Shown here one piece after another: positions 37,727-51,400 of a stretch of 64,000 nucleotides of DNA (position 1 is its first letter; each line of letters opens with the position of its first letter). The notes beneath the pieces are model-generated. The model searched no databases. It was not told where the DNA came from and saw nothing but the letters and a program-made list of their open reading frames with translations. The DNA lies in NCBI GenBank assembly GCA_904063045.1, contig CAJFCJ010000012.1:1612001-1676000 (forward strand), given 5' to 3'. The translations under genes and the position numbers were made by a program. Source of the stretch: Dimorphilus gyrociliatus (taxonomy: Eukaryota > Animalia > Annelida).

Positions 37727-38788
37727 GGTTTTTTTCTGTCAGTCCGGGAAGAGTGGATGGAGAGGGTAAACCGAGGTGGCCTGGCCGGGAAAAGAGACGA
37801 ATTGTTCAATATTGATTTTCAATTGTAACACATAATACTTTAAGTCTCTTATGGACGTCTATTTAATCGTTGTTTCTATGCGCCCCTCTAATACAAAATT
37901 AAATGGTAAGAAAAAAAAGAAAAGAAAGAAAACTATTACAATCAGCGTTTTTTTCGTTCGCCGCCTGTTTATTCAGCTGTAGACGCCCAGGGGAGGAGCA
38001 AGAGTTCGATCGTTTTGCCTAGTTCCGTATAATATATGCAAATCAATTAATAAAACAAAAATCTTTAAATTCGTCCAGGAGTTTTGGCCCGTATCTGACG
38101 AGGCTAATGCGTCATCTGTAGATGCCGGTTACACTATCGATCGTTTTGAAAACACCTCAAACTTTCCACTCCAAAATCGTCTAAAATAACGTGCATCATT
38201 GATACTTCAGCAAAGTAGAGATAATCATTGAAATAGAGAAATCGTGCTCGACTTACCTGCAGACAAAAGTCAAGCGGCAAACTATTCAGAGAAAGCGAGA
38301 TAGAAACGCCGTCTGGCGACCAACACTTTGCCCCTCATGTGTGTTTGTCAAATCGATAAAAGGAGGCGAATATGTACACCGACATATTGGCTTTAATTAG
38401 GTTCGTTAGGTTATACTAAGGCTTGTGAGAGAGCGTCAACAGATGTCTGTTGAAACAGGTTGCCTATATCTAACCTATTCTGCGGTATATTTTGTAAATA
38501 ATAGACGGTAATTGCCTTTTAAGATCGCCGACTCGAGTTTCCGGTCGTCTAATTTGTTATACATAGAAAAAACAGGCCCCTCGAGATTAAAAGGGCGAAA
38601 GCATCTAAATGAATTTTTAAAGAAAAGTGCACATACACGCCAAGTTACCCCATTTTCTTGTTTCTCTCTTATATAATCGTTTTATCTATCAAAATAACTG
38701 CCTATAATAATAAAAAAAATGGTCATGAATATTCAAACAAATATAGGCAAAGTTGTAAAGTCCAACACGTGATCTTTCGATAACAAAA

Positions 38789-38790
<2 letters not shown>

Positions 38791-38822
<32 letters not shown>
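38791..38822. repeat. (AT)n microsatellite upstream of the FABP gene
   Basis: Direct dinucleotide run. Confidence 0.9.
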
Positions 38823-38827
<5 letters not shown>

Positions 38828-38882
38828 GTAGTACAGTAAAACCGACGTTGGGTTCAAAGCAACTAGATTGTAACGAAGGACG

Positions 38883-39439
38883 ATGGCACCAAATTTTACT
38901 GGAAAATGGGAAATGGTCAAGCAGGAGAATTTTGATGAATACTTAAAGGCTTTGGGTAAATTTAATTATTGATATAGTTTAATACATTTATATAGTTTTT
39001 ATATTTGATATATTTATATAAATTTATTGGTTAAGATAAGAAAATGAATTTAACACAGTTTTCAAGATAATAAGATGATTTCCAATGATTTCTTTTATCT
39101 CTAGAAATTGGTTTAATCCTAAGGAAAGCGGCCGCAGTCTTTGCCGGTAAAACAAAGCTTGATATTGAACAGAATGGAGATCATTTCGTTATCGTTAGAA
39201 ATGGTTCTGAGAAGGATGAATTTAATATTGGTACCGAATTTACAACGAAAAACAAATTAGGAGAAATGAAAAATCTACCAAAATGGGGTGACAACGACCG
39301 TCTCGTCGTTGATATGACTCCAACAGGTAAAGATGGAAAGCCCAGTACTCTCTACAGATATCTCGCCTCTCCGGACGAAATGATTGTAGAAGTTCATTGT
39401 AAAGATGTTGTTATGAAACGATATTTTAAGAGAATTTAA
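38883..39439 (+). CDS. Intracellular lipid-binding protein (FABP/CRABP/CRBP family); exons 38883-38955 and 39105-39439
   Basis: Spliced product MAPNFTGKWEMVKQENFDEYLKALEIGLILRKAAA...MIVEVHCKDVVMKRYFKRI*, carrying the iLBP GxW and ENFDEYLKAL signature. Not in the ORF track. Confidence 0.92.
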
Positions 39440-39743
39440 TACAATTCAATTTACTCAATCAAATTAATTATTCTGTTCTTGTTTTTTCAAAAAAACAAAT
39501 ATGTAAAAATTATTTAAATTATAAAAAAAATATCTTTTATTTCCATTTTTCTTTCAAGAGATTAGATCTTATCGAATTGTCACTAAAAGTGCTCTAGTTC
39601 TAAATTACAAATATAAATATATATATATATGTATATACAGCTTATTATAATATAAATTCCTTCTATCGATATTTTTATAAGAAAGTAGTACAGAATTTTA
39701 AAGGAAACGTTATCTTTATGAGATATCTTCGGTTAATCCGATT

Positions 39744-40949
39744 ATGAGGTTTGCAATTAACCAAGTTGATAGTTCACGTCTGCTACGAACCGCAATATCT
39801 AATTCTATAAGACTCAAGTACGACGAGAAAATCAACAGTAACGAATACGCAGATGACAAAAGTCGAATTGCTTATTTAAGGAATAAATTAGTCAATTTTC
39901 AATACAAATTACAGAACGAATATGCTTCTCAAACGCTTATTTCTCCCTGTGCTATGTTAAAAGGTAATACGACGCCTAATCTATGTAAAATAGAAAAAAG
40001 ACCTCCTTATACCCCAGTCTCTTCTCCTGAATCGGATGAGAATGACTCTAATGAGCTCAAGAGAAATATAAAAAAGATAAAGAAAAAGAGAAAAAAAAGG
40101 GTAACAAGGCCTATCGATTTAGATCTATACCAAAGATTGGTGGGTACCAAAGCAAAGTCGATGGACGACTTAAGAGGAATTAATAGGCCTAAGTCTATTA
40201 CTAAGGGTCACAAACTGAGACCGTTAGCGCAATCGGTCAGCGAGCGTTTATATGTTATAAATAGCAGGAAAATTGAGAAAGAGATTGATCGATCTATTTC
40301 AAGACCTCGCCTAAAGTCGAATTATAAAAAAGTTTCTCTTAGTGCAATAGGTAAAAAACATTATACCGTAGCCTGTCAAACTGACAGAATCATAAGGAGG
40401 AGCGTGCCCGCAATGATCAAAGAAAACGCTTTCCTAACATTCAAGAGGCGAGCAGAGGAAGTCATCCGATTAGGTTCTGAGAATCCTGGCCAATTTACCA
40501 GGAATCAGTGGCAGTGTGTTAGCAATTTAGCCCTCAGGATTGTAAACCAAGGTTACAAACTTGAGGGTAAAGTTAAAAAGCGAAAAAATTACCCCAACCG
40601 TGTGTGCAACAAGAGTAAAAAAGATACAACTAAGGCTGAGAGTAAAAATGATACAAATCATCTATCTAAATCAAAAACTGAAATAGAAATGTGTCGTACC
40701 GTTAGCGACGAAGAAGATTGTTTCGGATTAATTGTCAACGTTGAACCTTTGAGCTTAAGTGACGAGGAGAATTTTGTAAACCCTACCAAAATTAAAGAAA
40801 TAGACGCCGATCACTGCGACGCCTGTAGGCAACTGGCACAGGGTAGAAGTCAAACCAGGTCAAACTATTTAAAACTGCCACCCGTAAAAAGTCTCTTAGG
40901 AGTTTTAGATCCGATCGAGGACGAAATGTTACGTAATATTGACTCTTAG
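39744..40949 (+). CDS. Uncharacterised basic single-exon protein
   Basis: 401-aa ATG-initiated ORF with K/R-rich NLS-like runs; no family recognised. Confidence 0.65.
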   Translation: MRFAINQVDSSRLLRTAISNSIRLKYDEKINSNEYADDKSRIAYLRNKLVNFQYKLQNEYASQTLISPCAMLKGNTTPNLCKIEKRPPYTPVSSPESDENDSNELKRNIKKIKKKRKKRVTRPIDLDLYQRLVGTKAKSMDDLRGINRPKSITKGHKLRPLAQSVSERLYVINSRKIEKEIDRSISRPRLKSNYKKVSLSAIGKKHYTVACQTDRIIRRSVPAMIKENAFLTFKRRAEEVIRLGSENPGQFTRNQWQCVSNLALRIVNQGYKLEGKVKKRKNYPNRVCNKSKKDTTKAESKNDTNHLSKSKTEIEMCRTVSDEEDCFGLIVNVEPLSLSDEENFVNPTKIKEIDADHCDACRQLAQGRSQTRSNYLKLPPVKSLLGVLDPIEDEMLRNIDS

Positions 40950-41414
40950 AATACTTGACACGTAGTAACAGAAAATTTCATTAATGTAGAACTACATGAC
41001 CCTACTATAAAAGATTTTCTGTAAACGTAGATTACGAAATAATAGTAAAAGGCTAATACAATATTTACTTATATATTTGATGCATGTATCAGGGAAAAAC
41101 TGCAAATTATATTTCTTTGTTTTCTGGTCAGTCGGACAAAAGAATTGAGATTAATATTTTTTTTCTCTCCCTCATTTTACTTGAAAATTTTAAAGCGAAG
41201 CGACAAAACATTCACAATTTTACACGGTTTTTTTTTTAAAAAAAAAGAGAAAGCACAATTAGCAAAAATAGTGACTGCTGTTGTAAAAAAAAAAGAGAGA
41301 GAAAACCCATATATAATATAACGAGTATATATATATATACTATTATATAAATATATGCGAAGGGGGAAACTCATGCAAAAAGGAAAATTCACTTTTTTCA
41401 ATAAAATTTGTCAT

Positions 41415-44400
41415 CTAAAACTCCAATCTAAAAGCTGGGCATCCTATTTCATTGTCTTGCAATTGAATACCACACCTACTTGCCGAAGGTGCTATCTTAA
41501 CATTCTTAGTTCTCAAATCGTCCTCTCTAACTGCAATCCAATTACGCATAATTGGCGTATCGTAGGTTGGTATCAATTGAATTTCATCTTCTCCTTCGGT
41601 TAAACCGTCCAGGAAAGCATCTAAAATATAACGAGAAGGCGACAGACTACTTAACACGTAATGCTTGGCTTTAATCTTTGAGAAGAAGGCACTATCCACG
41701 TGATTTGGATCACCATGACATGGGATATAAGCCAAATCAACATTAAAACTTGCTGCGTTTCGACGGGCTTCAGCAAACGATGCACCATTTGTTCGCGGTG
41801 GTAGAGACATTCGACTGGAATTTGATCTAGAAGACGGATCAGCAACTGTGGCACTCCTGGCTAGTGGTCTACCTCCTATTGACATTCTTCCGGTGGCTTT
41901 AGGTGGTGGGGGTGGCAAGCTCATGGGTGGATCGACACCTTCTGGTAGAGAAGTGTCTAGCTGAGTTGGCTTTTCATTCTTGTTGTCGTTTGCATCTAAA
42001 CTTCCAATTAAAGAAGCTGTCATTTCCGTTGGTAAATCTTTTACATCAACGGCTTCACCAATCGTTTCCTGCTTAGTATCGTCAGTTTTGTTTGCGTCCG
42101 CCCCATTCCCATTGTTTACATTTTCCTCAATATTCACTGTCTCAGCTACATCGTTCATTTCCGGTTCAATACTTTCCGTTATTATATCAGTTTTTTGTTC
42201 ATCAGTAACGTTATCACCATTACCGTTTTCATTTGACGATTTAGCAGTTTCATTATTATCAATAGATCCAGGATCTCCTGAACCATCTGCCGGTGTTCTA
42301 TCCATATTCTCCACACTATTATTCTCTTGTGTCTCTACAGCTTCTGTTCTTACTAATTCTTGGGGTTCTGTTTTCGGTTGCTCGACTTCCTGACTTCCAG
42401 TTGTTGTTTCACTTGGCTTTGTTTCTATAACTTGTTCGGCTTCAGCTATATTTTCTGGTTCCTGTTGTACAAAATGGGCAGGATCACCATTCATAACTAG
42501 TGGAGGCTGTTCAACAGATTTTGGTGATTCAGTTTCAATAGCTTCTTTTGAGACAGGCGCTTCTCTTGGCGATGCTTTTTTAATATCCGTTTTAGGTTTT
42601 TCTTTTTTTACAGGTTCTAAAATGTTAATTCTATTATATTTAACCATTGCAAACTTTATACAAAAATACCTTTCTTTGTTAGTTTATCTTTAGGCTTAAC
42701 TGCTGCTGCTCTTCCTACTGGTGGCCTTTTGCTTGGTTCAGCTTTTGTTGTTTTTTCAACTGTTCTCTTCGGCGTAGCCGACACTGTTGTAGCAGAAGTT
42801 ACAGTTTGCTGCTTTTTAACAACTTGTTTAGAGGTTGCTGTTGTAGGCCTGGAGTCCATGGATTTTGAAGCTGAGAGGGGTGGTCGTTTAGCCGGTCCAG
42901 GAGCTGGGGTTGTTCTATCAATTTTTGTTTTTGAATCCCGAGTTGTGGTCAATGATTTTTTCAATTCCGGCTTTGTTTCTTTCGGTGGAATATTCTTTTT
43001 AACTTCTGGTTTGGTATCTTTAACAGGAGGTGGCTTCTTTAAATCAGTCTTAAGAGAACTTGTACTCTTGCTTGATAGCGGTGGAGTTGTGGTAGGTTTT
43101 TTAAAAGTAAGGGACTCTTCAGTACAATTTAGCTTTTTAAAAATATCCAAAGATTTTAACTTTTCAAGCGAATCTAATAGCTTGTTTTGAGGACAATTTC
43201 CAGGAAATAGTATTCGTACAATATTATCCTTTGGTGATGCTGGTCGCCATACAAGTATGACTGATACCGAGACTAAATGTGTTAAAGAGATCATTGCCTC
43301 CTTTCCTTTGGATTTACATACTTTCTGCTGGGAAAAGGAATCAACTCTTTTTGACCACTGTGAAAGAAAGTCTTTTATCTCTTTTGAATCCTGTTGGGGA
43401 TTAAGAACGTACAAATCCAATGAACCGTAGCCTAATTTCTGGTATAAATTCAAGGGCTTTGTGATATCCTTAGAAGCAAGGCAATTAAGACGGTTTACAT
43501 TCAATCCACTCAGGTTATCAACAATTCCAGAAGCAACATCAGCCATATTTACGTATAAACTGTCTGTTTGTACGGTAGACGGTGTTTTTGCGTTTGGAGC
43601 GTTAAAAAGGGTTGTACCGATGTCGGGATGTATCTTCTCAGTCAGCTTTTTCTCTAACATACTATTTACACCGAATAGATTGTCGGAATTTAAATGTGTA
43701 ACTAACAAGGCATCAATTCTATCCAAATGTTTCACAAATGGCCAAAAGCAGGACTGACGGGAGTAGCCTCCGTTTGCCATGAAAGTAAATCCAGATATAC
43801 CGAAGAAAGCAGAATCGCCTTCACCAGCTGGGAAAATATATAAGGTTGGTCTATTGAAACGAATATTACCAACAATATTGGACGCTTCTAATGTTTTTGT
43901 GACGTCTTCAAATACAAGCATGTTTTGAACATAAGAAGCGAAACTATCAATATACTGAGGGGTTTCCACCGATCCTCCATCTGGATTTACGACTAGTTTC
44001 CTAAGGCTAGTTAAACCTTTCTTTAACAAGCCATTTTGAGTCCATTTCCCCTGATTAAAAGCACAAAGCACGAGCTCTAAATCCTTATTTCCAAGAGCAG
44101 TTATTTCTGATGCAAATTTGCCTGAAGTGTAAGTTTCCTCTTTCAATGGCCAATCGCCAGAACCTTGTAGAACAACACCAGAATAGATGAAGTGTGCATA
44201 GTGTGCATTCTTCAGTTTTGCGATTGAAGAACTAAGAATGGCCGATGAAGGATTGTACAGGATGTTTAATTCAAAATTGTCAGTTACGTAGGTGGCGCAA
44301 TTGTCCGAATCTACAAAAGGCAAAAAGTAAAAAAATAGTTGAAATAGTGGAACACTTTTGTAAATAGCAATTACTTCAATTATACTGCTATACAAACGAT

Positions 44401-45093
44401 TAACAAATCAATGACATATGGGTATTCATATGTCTACAATTTAGAAAATAGATATAACAAGCCTAAGCGGAAATGTGATATTTAATTGAAGCAAACAACT
44501 AAGATAACGTAACTTTCAAATCGAGGTCGATTTAGTTAATTGTTTACATAAGAAAAACAACAAATCAATCAGTTGACGTTTATCGTCCTTTACTTAAGCA
44601 TAAAAAAAGTCGAGCTATGAGTTATAGTTTCGGTATGTCTTTACTTTTGTGACAATAAACCTAGCTTGCGTACGAATTGAGGTCATATTCTATTCAACTA
44701 TGCTGCCTATTATTTAATATTTTCTTAAGAAAAACCGAATATACAGAATTACGATTTGTGTACCTTGTTTAACGTCTTGCGATAAAAAACTATTTAGCTC
44801 TTGTTCCAAATCCACTTTACTTGACTCTTGAATCCAAGTTTTCAAATCTGTTAAAAATATTCATAAAAAAATGTTTGCTATAATTTATCATTATCAGGCG
44901 ACATATCTTGCAAAATAATTACGAAACTAATAGCGGCTTATAAGGAATATAGTTTGCATTACTCACCGGAAGTGACTTTTTCTAAAATTAACGCCTTTTG
45001 CTTCTCTGTCCATGGTTCATTCAGTACAATGCTTAGGAACGCTTTGGTCTCGTTACTGTTCGCTTGTTTTTCACTTGTTCCCACTTCGGCCAT
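41415..45093 (-). CDS. MAP1/futsch: Microtubule-associated protein 1 family (futsch / MAP1A/B/S), compact
   Basis: LYIFPAGEGDSAFFGISGF, WPFVKHLDRIDALLVTHL..DNL.G.NS, WRPASP..IVRILFPGNCPQ, and the light-chain C-terminus VDLAYIP...IPTYD..MRNW...IAPSASRC.IQLQD...CPAFRLEF. Upstream exons at 45093-44967 and 44847-44763. Confidence 0.92.
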
Positions 45094-45727
45094 CTTCTAC
45101 TTCTCAGGCCGGGTGACGTCACTCGTCTGCCACCAGAAGTCGCTCTTTGGCGGGAAAAAATTCTTAGTCTGGTTCCTATTCCATAACACTTTCAAATAAA
45201 GACATGGAATACGGATTACTAGACATGTATTCATACGCTTTAGCGAAAATGATTTTTAACGTTTTTCGATTAATATTTTCCCCGTGTATTTTAAATTTAT
45301 TCTTATGGCGCTTAAAAAATAAATGAAAAGTAAATATAGTGTTTTACGAGTAAAATTTTAAATTTCATAAGGACTATTTCGTGTCAATTTAAAAAACGGC
45401 CGGATGTGACGCCATCCTGCATAAATTAAACGGCGTGCGTTTGTAAACGATGCGTGGTATTTAAACATTTTGGTGAGTTTTTTCGCTTTTACCTGATTTG
45501 ATGAGCGTCTAAAGTGTCAGAATTTACTTCTTATAGTTTGTTTTACCTATATCTTAACGATTGTGTATTCTAAATTGCAAAGGTATATTGTAATTTCAAA
45601 AATATTTGACCGTTTTGTGTTTACATTCCCCGCCTCCAACCTTCCTTTGTTATCATTCTTTGCATTCTCAAATAAAATTCCTTTTTGCTTTTACAGATAC
45701 TTTCAAATTTACCAACGCACTGAAAAT

Positions 45728-48150
45728 ATGTATCACGGACCACCAACACCACAACGACATCAAAGTACGTACATTGGTTTATTGTTTTCGTACCGATAAT
45801 ATATCAGATAAGCTTGTCAATATATGTCTGAATGAGTGCTATTGAAATAAATTTTTCATTCTGGTTTTTCAGTGGGCAGCAGCGGAGATGCTTATATGGG
45901 AGATGGATCCATGGGCCCTGCTGGTGGGATTGACTCAAAGGGTCAAATTGTTATGTGGCAACAAGGCCAATACCTGACCGACTCTGGAGTCCAATCCGGT
46001 GTTACAACTGGCGCGCCCAGTGTCTCTTCCATACATGATGAGATTGAACAACAGTCAACTAGTGCAGGGAGTGGAATGGACACTTCTGTTCTATATGCTC
46101 CTCCACCTGCACAATACCCAAATCATCCGCCACCCCCTCCTCAACCCCCATCTGCTGAGCAAGCAATGGCGGAATTAAGAAACGCTATGTTTCCAGAAAA
46201 TATTGAGGACCAAACAATGGTACAAGATGTAAATAGCCCTCAACAGCCACCGCCTCCACAACAGGCCCCAGACCACATGCTTAACACGGCTGTAGTTAAT
46301 TTAATCAACTATCAAGATGATGCCGATATAGCAGCCAAGGCTATACCAGATTTAGTAAAATTATTAACCGAAGAGGATCAGGTTGTAGTTGCCTCTGCTG
46401 CTTCGTTCATTCATCAGTTGTCAAAGAAAGAGGCACCCAGACACGCAATCATGAATTCACCTCACATGGTTACGTCTCTAGTTCATACACTAACGAATTT
46501 CAGTGATCACGAGATTATGCGATGCGCTGTCGGTACTTTGCATAATTTGTCACACCACAAACAAGGTTTACATTCGATATACCAAGCGGATGGCATACCA
46601 GGCCTAGTCAAGCTCTTAGCAAGTCCAATCGAAAGCGTCCTTTTCTACGCAATAACAACCTTACATAATCTGCTTTTACATCAAGATGGATCGAAAATGG
46701 CCGTTCGCCTAGCGGGAGGCTTACAGAAAATGGTCGCTTTACTGGCAAGAAACAACGAAAAATTTCTTGCTATTACAACTGATTGTCTACAAATTTTGGC
46801 TTATGGTAATCAGGAATCAAAATTGATAATTTTGGGAAGTGGCGGTCCTGTTGAACTTGTAAGAATTTTACGTCAATATTCATACGAGAAGCTCCTTTGG
46901 ACTACTACTCGAGTTCTAAAAGTGTTATCTGTTTGTCAAAATAATAAGCAGGCAATTGTTAAGGCTGGCGGAATGCAAGCGTTAGCCTTACACCTGTCTA
47001 GACCAAGTGTACGCCTAGTCCAAAATTGTCTTTGGACTCTAAGAAACTTATCAGATGCCGCCACTAAATTAGGTGGATTGGAAGAGTTGCTGAGAATGCT
47101 TATTCATCTCTTGTCTAATCAAGACATCAACATCGTAACCTGTACCGCCGGTATCTTGTCGAACTTAACGTGCAATAATCAACAAAATAAGGTCACTGTT
47201 GTACAAGCGGCCGGTGTTGAGGCTCTGATTAGAACCATTTTGCATGCTGGAGACAGAGAAGATATTACAGAGCCAGCTGTTTGTGCTCTGCGTCATATCA
47301 CATCGAGACATGAAGAAGCTGAAGCCGCTCAAGATATCGTAAAGCAGCATTATGGCATCTCTGTTCTTGTTAAATTGCTTCACCCCCCCAGTCGTTGGCC
47401 ACTAATTAAAGCCGTTATTGGATTAATTCGTAATTTGGCTTTCTTGCCGTCGAATCAAGCACAATTACGAGATCAAGATGCTGTCAGTCGCCTCGTTCAT
47501 CTACTCTTTAAAGCTCATCAAGATATTCAAAGACGTCCCGCTCAGTCTGTCGATGGAGTAAGAATGGAAGAAATTCTCGAAACTGCCGGTGGGGCCTTGC
47601 AAGTAATGGCTAGAGACGAAGGAAATCGTGCAATTATTCGAAAAGCTATAAAAATACTGGTTGAAATGCTCTACTCAAATACTGAAACTATTCAAAAAGT
47701 TTCCGCTGGAATTCTTTGCGAATTAGCATCGGATAAAGAAGGAACTGAAGCCATTGAATCTGAAGGTGCAAGTGCACCCCTAAGTGAATTGGTTCGCTCA
47801 CCCAACGAAGGAATTGCGACTTACGCAGCCGCCGTTCTCTTCCGTTTATCCGAAGATAGACCCACGGGAGCGTTTAACGGAGCCGAAGCAGCTGTCGCTG
47901 GATCGCAGTTCCCTTGGCAACGTGATCCGAACGGTGGCCCAAGTTCGACGGCTAGATCTCAAAGTAAGCTCATAAATTAAATAACAAAATAATTGAATTA
48001 ATACATTTTTTTGTTTTAATAGCATTTGTTCCATCATCACCATATCAACAACAGCCGCCTCCACCAGCGCAACCACAGCAGCAACAACAACAACAACCAC
48101 CACCACCACCTCAGCAACATCAACGAATGTGGTTCGATACTGACTTATAA
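45728..48150 (+). CDS. CTNNB1: Beta-catenin/armadillo (exons 45728-45764, 45873-47963, 48023-48150)
   Basis: Degron [14 protein letters not shown], armadillo repeats, and the last exon restores the canonical WFDTDL* C-terminus that the ORF track misses. Confidence 0.97.
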
Positions 48151-48474
48151 ACGCAGTAGTGGAACATAAAAGAAAGCGTTCAGTAAACAAGGCATATCGT
48201 TGCTTTTTATTTGCATGGTTTTTATAATATACTCGCCTTAGTTTTAAGCAGATGTTCGTATATTTTAATACATATTTTTTTTGTTCATGCACCTTACAAG
48301 AAAGCTATGTTTAAGTTTCAGTGAGTTCTTAGCATTTTTTAATATATGTAAACAAAAATTATATTTCTATTGGGTTACTTTGATTTTTTATGTATTTTTC
48401 AGTATTTGATAAGAAACTAAGTCATTTAAGTAAGTGTAAATAAGATAAGATTTTTAAAGATCAATAGGCCAAAA

Positions 48475-51400
48475 TCAAGCCAAGCTTTCTTTTCTTAAAG
48501 TAGCATTAAGGAGATTGAAGTAATCACTGTGATCCGTTTCTTTTGGTAATAATTGACGATAATGTCTATCGCATACCCAAATTGATCTTCCATCAAATTG
48601 TATTTTAGTCAGACCACAAATTCTTCGACAGTTTGATGCCAAATTCAGCCTACTTCTCAGGAAATTACTATCTACCTTATCTAAAGGATACTTCAGAGTT
48701 GATATCTTAAATTTTGCTTCCAGATCTTTAAGCATTCCATCTAAAGTCTGCGTGATTTGCTTCGTTCTAACTGCCATATCATTGGCCAAAACAGACGAAT
48801 CGCTAGTAATTCGAAGTAATTGTAAAACGGCTAAAGTATGAGGACCGTACTTGTGCATTATTTCGTCGACGTTACGATGAAGGGCCAGCCCTTCTTCCGG
48901 ACTTATGTGCAAACCATCGGGAAATTCGCATACAGCATGTAAAGCATACGCAGAATATTGATTGGGGTAGATAGTTTGTTTAGCAATATTTAGGCCATCA
49001 CCAACCGCTGGTAGAACGACAAAATATGTTGGAAATCCATTACATTTCGCCGAAAGATCTGATTTCTCTTTAGGTATTAATTTCTTTGGTATTTGGCCCT
49101 TTATAAATTCGAAATTTGCGCCGAGCTGATGACCCTGCTCGCATGAGACATCTGATTCGTCATCATACGATAGAATGATGGAAGGGAATCTAGCTGGGTT
49201 TTCTACATTATTAAATAAACATCCAGGACAAATGATTGTGTTGAGGAGTCTGGAGTTCATAGAAGCTTGAGATTTGAGTCCTTCATAAGTACTAGTGACT
49301 TTGTCTAAAATTCGATCAAGAATATCGATACCTTCGTGTATATCTCTGTCGAATGTTGTTCGTATTTCTAGTAATAGAACATTTCTTTTCAACTGAATGT
49401 GGTATGCGAAACCATCTATTACTTCGACAATGTGAGTTAATAAGTACGTGGATTTTACACCTTCGTAGACTTCGTCTGTCCGATTTTTTCTTAATGCAAC
49501 TGTTAAATCGGGAAAGAAACTTGGTGGAGCAATTGTTGGTAGGGTAACCATAAAAACAAATTGTAGTTCATCATCTTCTGGAAATTTCCTCCACGATGTT
49601 TCAGGAGGGTAGCCAGCCGGTAATCTCGAGGGTGCTAACAATAATTTTGTTCCACTCAATCGAATACAAATTGACAAACTTAGTAGAAAGGATAAGGCAT
49701 CTTGGTCCAATTGTTTAAGTAATAAGTCTTCTTGTATCAGGCCTACATTATTAGGATCAGATGGTATGGCGTGTATGGTTGAGAGACATTTTGCCAACCA
49801 TTCAGGTTGAAGAACAATAACGGTATTATTTGACCGAGAAGCGGTGACGACCGAACCAGAGTTGGCGAACCTAGCTAACATTAAAAGGAACTCTTCATCA
49901 TTTTTTACGCCATGAACCTGAGCTAGCTTAGCCATTTCATCCATGGTTATTACTGGTTTTTCTATTCTGTTTAAAGAATCTTGTAGTTGAGACCATCTTC
50001 TTGGGATATATGAATTTAATGATATTGTTTTCCTGCAAATGTTTTCCATATAGGTTTTAAGAGATTCAATGTTGGCCCCGTCTGGAGAACTGACTTCAAA
50101 ATAAGCAATAATGTGAGGTGAAAAAAGAGGTGATTGTACTCCATCTGCGCCTCCGCTGTCATCCGTCGCGTTTTCTATGTCATTCGCCGTAAGATTTCCA
50201 GTTGGAGGGCGTCTTTGAGGTAGACAACCGACAGTACAGAGTATACAATCACTGCACGAGTCCATACGAGTGTGTTTGATCTTGCAGCGACTCAATAGTT
50301 TCCTTACTTCTGTCCATATTTCTTGTTTAAGATCATCGTTCAACGATGAATGATCGGCATGTGTTCCAACAATAATAACAGAGGCATTCGGAGCTTTTGA
50401 ATAGATATAAGAGAGCCATAGTTGAAGTCTTCCAAGAAGAAAATTTGATCTTTCAACTGTACATTCAGTCCATTCATTCATTTTGAAAACTGTAACGTAT
50501 ACGGCTCCAGCAGTTAAAAAAAACCCGTGGTCATCGTACAAATCTGCCGAACCGCCACAATCAAAAATCTTAAGAACAATTTCCTCGCCAAGATTTACTT
50601 GCCGAACATCAACACTCTTGACCCTTGAAGCTTGGCGCATGTTCGGTCGAGCAGATAGTTTTAGCTGGGAAAGTCTCCTAACAACGTTAGTGCTGTTGTG
50701 GACGGGGTGAAGTCTTTTAATTAGACTAGTCTTTCCGCATTTTTCCTGTCCAACTACAACCATTTTCATAGTATTGCATGGAACGGGATCTTCCGTGAGA
50801 ATTCTTAAATAGGACTTTAATTCCTGAACAGATAACTCATCGGAAACATCCTCTAATGGATTATAATTCAGAATGATGTCTTTTAGCTTATTCAATGTTG
50901 ACAGCGAAGTCGGAACGGTCTTCAACTTATTCTGCTCTAGATCAATGGTTCTTAATTGGGAGCATAATCCTATATCTTCAGGTAGGCTTATTAGCTGGTT
51001 ATTTGAAACATTTAGCTGTCTGAGGGATGTGCAAGAGCAGAGTTGATTAGGAAGAATTTTTAATTGGTTCCAGGAAACATCCAAGATCTCTAGGTTTGTT
51101 AACTCAAAGGGGGGTAGACATGTAAGATGATTCTTTACTGCTCGGATAACTTTTAGCTGCTTAAATCGTCCTATAGAAGCCGGTAGACTTGTTAGACGAT
51201 TTTCGCTAACGTCTAAAGATTCCAGAGAGTCCAAACCTTCCAGCTGTAATTGTCTCATTCCACATTCCACAATGATAAGATTTTTTAGAGAAGAGAAATT
51301 CAATAGATTCCCAGCTCTTATACTGGATTTTAATATTGTAAGTGTTATGGTTTTGCTTGGGAAACACTTTGAAATATTTGAAGTATTCATATCCCCCTTT

